A stretch of 64,000 nt of DNA from Promethearchaeati archaeon SRVP18_Atabeyarchaeia-1. GTDB lineage: Archaea > Asgardarchaeota > Atabeyarchaeia > Atabeyarchaeales > Atabeyarchaeaceae. Numbering within the stretch: the stretch's first letter is position 1; each line of letters starts with the position of its first letter. A program made the position numbers and the translations under genes. Shown one piece after another: positions 58,673-64,000 of this stretch. Location of the stretch: contig CP147779.1 in the NCBI GenBank assembly GCA_037308085.1, forward strand, positions 1,376,001 to 1,440,000, given 5' to 3'. Under the pieces are notes generated by a model, which saw only the letters and a program-made list of their open reading frames with translations, did not search any database and was not told where the DNA came from.

Positions 58673-60547
58673 TTGAGAAGTAGAACCTTCACAATAGCCT
58701 TCACAGCATTGTTCCTAGTTGCCGCAGCTGGAGGCTCCATGGTTCTGATATTAAACGGCTATCAGTCGTACTACAACTACACTAATCCGTACTCCTATGT
58801 TCCCTCGCGCCCTGCTTCTTCAATAGCTGGCATGGGCATGACCCCGATCGCCAACCACACGATCATATTTCTCCTGGATGGCGTGAGAGCGGATACTTTC
58901 TACAACACAAACAAGCCCATCATCGATGGGTACCACGATTGGGCGAACTGGACAGATGTCCAATGCTCAACACTGCTCAGCGTGAGTAAGACTGGTTACT
59001 GCGTGATCACATCAGGATGCAATTCGTCCGAAAGTGCAGTCATCACCAATGACTATGCTGGGCTCTTCAAAGGCGACAGTCTCTGGAATGTCACTACCCG
59101 GCACTCTGGCACCACCGCCGTAGTGGGCAGCAGCTGGTGGTATGATCTGTTCAACCCGTACCTAAACTACTCCGTCGTGTTCACGGAATCGTCGCCCGGC
59201 AAGCCAACAGTAGCGGTGAACGTGACCAACAAGGGACCTCCAATCCAGACGCCGCTGCCCGACTATAGGGATTTCCTGGTCTCACAGTACGCGCAGTCGA
59301 TCGTTGCGAGATATGAGCCCACATTTATGGTTGTCCACTTTTCCGATACCGATGAAGCTGCGCATGCAAACGGTTCGCTGAGCGAGTCCTATGTGAATGC
59401 CCTGAGAAGCGAAGACGCTTACATCGGGCAAGTGCTGAGCAAATACCAGGCCGCAGGAATACTGGCTTCGACCTTGGTCATAGTATTGGCAGACCACGGA
59501 CACGTGGACATAGGAGGGCACGGTGGGATTGAACCAGAAGTACTTCACATCCCCCTTTTACTCAGGGGACCTGGCGTTATCCCAGGGACGTATGCGGTGC
59601 ATCAGCATCAGAACACCGTAGCCCCGACGGTCTCAGCCCTGATGGGGTGGGAAGTTCCCTCAGACGCCTCAGGCACAGTCCTTTTCGGATGCCTGAACCT
59701 TACAACAGCTCAAGCGGCGATATACAGGATTAACCTTGCCTCAATACGCCTTGCTCAAGCACAGAGCCAACTTTCGAAGATGGGGTATTTGACGGGTCAC
59801 CAACCCCAAGTCGCCATCGCGAGCAAGTATCTTGACAACGCCAAGGGCAACTTTACGGCAGCCAACTACGCGGCGGCAACGAGCAACGCTATCGCGTCTG
59901 AGACTGTCTCAAGGTTTGAGCTCGCGTCATCATGGGCTTCAAAGGAAACCGAAGAGATCACGGGAAGGCTGCTTGTTTTCGTCGTTGCCATCTTTGCTGT
60001 AGCTGTTGTGTTATCTTACCTGTTACACCGGTACCGTGGCAAGATAAGCAGCGCACTTGTACGTGAAAGAGATTTCCTTGGTGTGGCGGTGGCTTCAGTG
60101 ATCTTCTACTTCGCTTTTCTAGCGATTACAACTATGTTTACTGGGATCAAATTCTCGGCCAGCTTCTTCCCAGACTCCGCTATCGCGTTTATCTTGGCCG
60201 TATTCATACCGAATGCGCTGGCATTGATCCCTGCAGGAATCCTATTTGTCGGGCTCTTCTCGTACGTGAGTCGCAAGTCAAAGACGACGGATGCCACTTC
60301 GGTCACATACGCATCTCTGTTCTTGGTCATGACGACCGTGGTCTATGTGTCAATGGTTGCGGCAGTGGTTGTCGTGAACACTTCAGGTGTTCCTTGGTAC
60401 GCTTCTGATGTAGTTCTATGCTTGGAGTTCTTCTACCTCGTCATATCTAGCATAGCGTTTGCGATATTCGGCGTCGTCTCATTCATGGTTGGTGTGGCGT
60501 TGAGGAGGATGCTGGGCTTCGGTAAAAACGCTCGGAAGGGAAGTTGA
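58673..60547 (+). CDS. Alkaline-phosphatase-superfamily membrane enzyme (N-terminal TM + AlkP domain + about 5 C-terminal TM)
   Basis: LLDGVRAD, HFSDTDEAAH, ADHGH..GGHGG, P-LLRGPG, Q..VAPT. Confidence 0.85.
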   Translation: MRSRTFTIAFTALFLVAAAGGSMVLILNGYQSYYNYTNPYSYVPSRPASSIAGMGMTPIANHTIIFLLDGVRADTFYNTNKPIIDGYHDWANWTDVQCSTLLSVSKTGYCVITSGCNSSESAVITNDYAGLFKGDSLWNVTTRHSGTTAVVGSSWWYDLFNPYLNYSVVFTESSPGKPTVAVNVTNKGPPIQTPLPDYRDFLVSQYAQSIVARYEPTFMVVHFSDTDEAAHANGSLSESYVNALRSEDAYIGQVLSKYQAAGILASTLVIVLADHGHVDIGGHGGIEPEVLHIPLLLRGPGVIPGTYAVHQHQNTVAPTVSALMGWEVPSDASGTVLFGCLNLTTAQAAIYRINLASIRLAQAQSQLSKMGYLTGHQPQVAIASKYLDNAKGNFTAANYAAATSNAIASETVSRFELASSWASKETEEITGRLLVFVVAIFAVAVVLSYLLHRYRGKISSALVRERDFLGVAVASVIFYFAFLAITTMFTGIKFSASFFPDSAIAFILAVFIPNALALIPAGILFVGLFSYVSRKSKTTDATSVTYASLFLVMTTVVYVSMVAAVVVVNTSGVPWYASDVVLCLEFFYLVISSIAFAIFGVVSFMVGVALRRMLGFGKNARKGS

Positions 60548-60743
60548 GAGCGAGCTAAGCGGCTGAAATCAGCATCGATCATCCATACCCCTTTTCTTTG
60601 AAGCATCAGTCGGCAGAACACAGACCTGGACCCCCCCACTTAAGCCTCTGAACTTTCAAGCTGCTGAATACGGAATGCTGTTATATAATAGATCCGCATA
60701 GACATGTTCACCTGTGTAAGAAGTGAGCTTGGGAGATACTGTG

Positions 60744-61415
60744 ATGAATAGTAAATCGCTATGCGTCTCAGCATTATTGTTTCTGATCTTGGTCGCTGGG
60801 ATAACTGTTACACTTTCAAGCGGAGCAGATTATACTCATATTGGTGTCAGGAACATGGATACGGCTGACTACAAGTTGTGCCACACAGGCGACCCAGATA
60901 GCAGGGCTTCTTTCTACTTCTATAATGTGATCGGAACAATGGTTTCGATCAACTCAACTTTGTACTTCCCTAATGGAACGACGGTTCGCACACACATGGA
61001 TGGCAATGTTTCCCGAGGCACAGGGTTTTTGTTCGTCTATATAATCGTAGCTGGCTTGAAGGCAGGAGATCCGATTGTAAACAGTTCTCTCGCACCCACG
61101 ATCAACGAGACTATACCCTTGGGTTTTGCAGGGGCCACAAGGTTGATCAACCACCTAAGAATGTCCCCAGCCGGAGTTCCCAGTGACCTCTACTGGGACG
61201 AACTCACTGGAATTGCAGTCAAGGTCAACCTCAATTTGGGTGGCGGTGAATGGGAGAACATCACTTTGACAGCCACGAGCTTGTGGCATTCGCCAGTCTT
61301 CGCGTATGACCCCACGATGCTCTACCTGTCCTATGGAGCGATTGCGGTGTCACTTGTAGCTGTCGCGGTCCTCTTGTGGCTGCGCGGCAGAAGGCAGAAA
61401 CCTGTGAAGAAGTAG
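60744..61415 (+). CDS. Secreted, C-terminally anchored hypothetical protein
   Basis: Signal peptide, YWDELTGIAV, N-x-S/T sequons, TM + RGRRQK tail. Confidence 0.8.
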   Translation: MNSKSLCVSALLFLILVAGITVTLSSGADYTHIGVRNMDTADYKLCHTGDPDSRASFYFYNVIGTMVSINSTLYFPNGTTVRTHMDGNVSRGTGFLFVYIIVAGLKAGDPIVNSSLAPTINETIPLGFAGATRLINHLRMSPAGVPSDLYWDELTGIAVKVNLNLGGGEWENITLTATSLWHSPVFAYDPTMLYLSYGAIAVSLVAVAVLLWLRGRRQKPVKK

Positions 61416-61528
61416 CACCTGCTTAGGCCGCCCTCCAAAGAAAGAGAGAAAAGAAAGAGCATTTGGCGGCGATTCCGATGACTTCAATACATCTCCAGTG
61501 CTTTGCGGACTTGGTCAGTGCTCTGCCG

Positions 61529-61683
61529 ACGCCGAGACGGGGATGAAGCGGAAGGGTGTCGATGAACTCGTGATGTACCTGCATGATGCGGTAGAACCCT
61601 AGATCTGCGCGGAGTACGACAGTATGCTGACGGATATCTACCTGTGCCTACGCAGGTTGAAACCAAAAGTGAGACCTAGCCGA
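61529..61683 (+). ncRNA. Stand-alone copy of the TnpB omegaRNA scaffold (61529-61663) plus putative guide
   Basis: Hand alignment to 233->97 (minus): about 111/137 identical with one gap; no tnpB ORF attached. Confidence 0.7.
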
Positions 61684-61820
61684 GCATTCGTCCCGAACCG
61701 TTTGGTTCTGTCATGTTTGGGCTATCTCTTCGGAAACTATTATTATGTGGGCTCCTACTGAGCTCAGAGAGCTGCCTTCCGCCTGTTGGTCATGGCGATG
61801 GCGTTGGTCGTGTTTCCACT

Positions 61821-62903
61821 TTGAAGATCGTTCACAGAAATCTGAAGAAGGGAATACTTGTTCTGAAGCCTGAGAACCTAGATGACCTCTGGATCCTCTA
61901 CAACGTCATTTTGCCGGGGGACCGGGTATACGCCAAAAGCCAAAGACGCGTAAAGGCTCGAGATGACACCCTACGGCAAGATTCTGGTGAGCGAGTAACC
62001 TTGCACTTGGGTGTCCAAGTTGAGGATGTCTATTATGATCCCAACTTCAATAGGCTTCGAGTCAAAGGCACAATAGTGGAGGGTCCAGAAGACCTAATCA
62101 AGATAAGGTCCTATCACACGCTCAACGTTGAGTTGAACCTGGAAGTCAAAATCATAAAAGAACTATGGCCAGATTACCTGATTAAGAGAATTGGGGAGTC
62201 GCTTGGTAGCGAGAACAGACCCCGCGTTCTCGTGGTGGCAATCGAAGAGGGAGACGCTTGCATAGCGAAGGTGGGGGATTATGGAATAGATGTTGTGGCA
62301 AACATATCCATGAACATACCGGGAAAACAGGATGAGACGAAGCAGAGAGACATGGTGCTCCAAAGATTCTTCGCAGACGTGTACACAACCGTCAAGCGAA
62401 GCCTCAGCGATAAGAAAATAAGAAGCATCGTAATCGCAGGTCCTGGTTTCACTAAGGAAAGGCTTCTCTCCTATTTCGAGAGAGACAAAGAAATCTCCAG
62501 GCTATGCTCCTTGGAGAATGTCAGCAACGGCGGTAGGGCGGGGGTAAGCGAGGTCATCAAGCGGGGCGCTCTCAGCAAGGTCCTCGAGGAAATACGGATA
62601 GTCGAAGAATCAAGCCTAATGGAAGAGCTGCTCCGGCGCCTGGGTAAGGACGAGAAGACCGCTGTTTACGGAAGAGGGGAAGTTGAGAAGGCGACGGAGT
62701 TTGGCGCCGTCCAAACACTGCTCATAACTGACAGGTTCCTAAGGGGCGCCTCAGCTGAGGAAAGGACCAAACTCGATTTGCTTCTTAGGACAGTAGAAAA
62801 GGCACGAGGACGGGTAGTGATCCTGAGCGCTGAGAGTGAGGCAGGGGAACAGCTTTCATCATTGGGCGAAATAGCTGCACTTTTGCGCTTCAAGATTGGC
62901 TAG
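61821..62903 (+). CDS. pelA: mRNA surveillance protein Pelota (aPelota/Dom34)
   Basis: PENLDDLWILYNVI..GD, RLRVKG, YHTLNV, IAGPGF.K, YG..EV..A...GAV..LLI, L..LG.IAALLRF; TTG 61821 matches the family N-terminus. Confidence 0.93.
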   Translation: MKIVHRNLKKGILVLKPENLDDLWILYNVILPGDRVYAKSQRRVKARDDTLRQDSGERVTLHLGVQVEDVYYDPNFNRLRVKGTIVEGPEDLIKIRSYHTLNVELNLEVKIIKELWPDYLIKRIGESLGSENRPRVLVVAIEEGDACIAKVGDYGIDVVANISMNIPGKQDETKQRDMVLQRFFADVYTTVKRSLSDKKIRSIVIAGPGFTKERLLSYFERDKEISRLCSLENVSNGGRAGVSEVIKRGALSKVLEEIRIVEESSLMEELLRRLGKDEKTAVYGRGEVEKATEFGAVQTLLITDRFLRGASAEERTKLDLLLRTVEKARGRVVILSAESEAGEQLSSLGEIAALLRFKIG

Positions 62904-63064
62904 TCACGGCGCCCCAAGGCGTCAAGCAGCGAAGGAAAAATATGGGGAGAGGGCGGCAAAATAGGTCAGTGCTACTTTTTCTGGACCCCTTGAAACGTGC
63001 CTACCTTCACTCTATTCGACTTATCTCCCCTTTGGTTCATCTTTTTCTGGTTCACTTTTCGCTA

Positions 63065-63244
63065 CTACTCTGCTTCGACTTCCTCTGCTTCTTCTTCAGC
63101 TACAGGATTCGAGGCACATTCTTTGCACAGCACCTTCTTGGCTGAGACTTCTCCAGCGCAATCGCTGCAAACGATTGTTCCGCAAGAGTAGCACGCGCGA
63201 ACGCCTATCTTGGTTCCACAAAACTCGCAGGCTAGTCGACCCAT
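63065..63244 (-). CDS. Small 8-Cys double zinc-finger protein (59 aa), not in the ORF track
   Basis: MGRLACEFCGTKIGVRACYSCGTIVCSDCAGEVSAKKVLCKECASNPVAEEEAEEVEAE*; G-rich SD-like sequence upstream; double TAG stop. Confidence 0.8.
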   Translation of the reverse strand: MGRLACEFCGTKIGVRACYSCGTIVCSDCAGEVSAKKVLCKECASNPVAEEEAEEVEAE

Positions 63245-63336
63245 TGGTTAACCAACCCCCTAACTAGAACATACCTTCAGATAGAAATAAAAAACTTTGC
63301 CCAATGTACTCATCTTAGGAGAAGTATGTTGCGACT

Positions 63337-63999
63337 TCACCGCGGCTGGCTCGATTGTTCGAAGTGCTCCTCTATTTCTGTTAGGATCGGTCTGGCATCC
63401 AAACCTTTGAAACCGATTCTTCTGGCAAGTTCCTCGACGTCATATTTCTGCCCGCTGGACCAGAGTTCCGCCAGGAATCTTCCCGCCTCTGGATTCTTGA
63501 ACCAGGTTTTGCCGTATCTCTCGATTATCTTTGATCTCAGTTGGGCTTCGAATATCCATGCTCTTAGGTACTGAGTTGAATAGAACCCGTCGTCGAGGTC
63601 AGTTAGGTAATGCGCTTCAGGGTGCCTGAATTTCAGTGCTTGCTCAAGCGTCTCTCTGTAGACCTTACCCATACCCCCTATTTCTTGACCGCCATGTAGC
63701 AGCAACTCGTACTTCAGTTTGGCCGCATACCTTCTCAGAAAGTACATCTTGTAGAGGTAGGCAAAGTCCAGGTAGCTGTCTAGTTCCCGTAACCCGATAT
63801 TCTCCTTTAGCCATGCGGTGTTAAGAGATAGGTACTCCATTAGAAATGCGTAAGTCTCCGTCACAGAAGCGTCCCCGAGCCGCTTGTACTCTACAGGTAG
63901 CAAGGGATCAACCGAGGCGTGGTGAACGGTGTGACCAGCCTCATGAAGCATTGCCGCATAGTCATCTTGACCTCCCTTTGGCAAGAACACAAGTCTCAC
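63337..63999 (-). CDS. M3/M32-like zinc metallopeptidase, C-terminal part (5' end outside the window)
   Basis: LHEAGHTVH (HExxH) and SVTETYA (third Zn ligand). Confidence 0.75.
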   Translation of the reverse strand: MRLVFLPKGGQDDYAAMLHEAGHTVHHASVDPLLPVEYKRLGDASVTETYAFLMEYLSLNTAWLKENIGLRELDSYLDFAYLYKMYFLRRYAAKLKYELLLHGGQEIGGMGKVYRETLEQALKFRHPEAHYLTDLDDGFYSTQYLRAWIFEAQLRSKIIERYGKTWFKNPEAGRFLAELWSSGQKYDVEELARRIGFKGLDARPILTEIEEHFEQSSQPR

Positions 64000-64000
64000 A

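Noticed and set aside
61484-61666. 60 aa minus-strand ORF
   Set aside because: Antisense to the omegaRNA-like copy, with no coding features.
61713-61820. Signal-peptide-like N-terminal extension on Pelota
   Set aside because: Family similarity begins at TTG 61821 and the extension covers the likely AT-rich promoter.
1-64000. CRISPR array or cas genes associated with the TnpB
   Set aside because: No regularly spaced repeat-spacer array and no cas ORF seen; only the two GAAAC-ending scaffold copies.

Overview
Archaeal chromosomal window, judged from a pelota gene, a tRNA with bulge-helix-bulge introns, methanofuran genes and TATA-type promoters. The gene mix (anaerobic C1 and amino-acid metabolism, many C-terminally anchored surface proteins) fits an Asgard or Bathyarchaeia-like lineage, but that is inference. 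Contents from left to right: a tnpB-only IS200/IS605/IS607-type element sitting on the 5' end of a tiny C2H2 zinc-finger ORF; a BsaWI-like type II R-M pair; transporters; tRNA-Gln(CTG) with two introns; a GH116 glycosidase; an archaeal SF2 helicase; a free-standing LAGLIDADG-like ORF; mfnB/mfnD/mfnF/mfnE; a UroD/MtaA-family protein with a corrinoid protein; HypD with its activase; class II RNR (nrdJ) with two inteins; glnA with an Lrp regulator; a PIG-N-like AlkP membrane enzyme; pelota. The best candidate for an undescribed system is the TnpB. It has Gln in place of the RuvC-III Asp (DRQ), and a second, tnpB-less copy of its omegaRNA scaffold lies about 61 kb away, upstream of pelota. That copy is about 81% identical by hand alignment, shows a compensatory base-pair change, ends in GAAAC and is followed by a different guide. 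This could be a trans-guided, possibly nuclease-altered TnpB system, or a decayed element end. All alignments and counts were done by eye.
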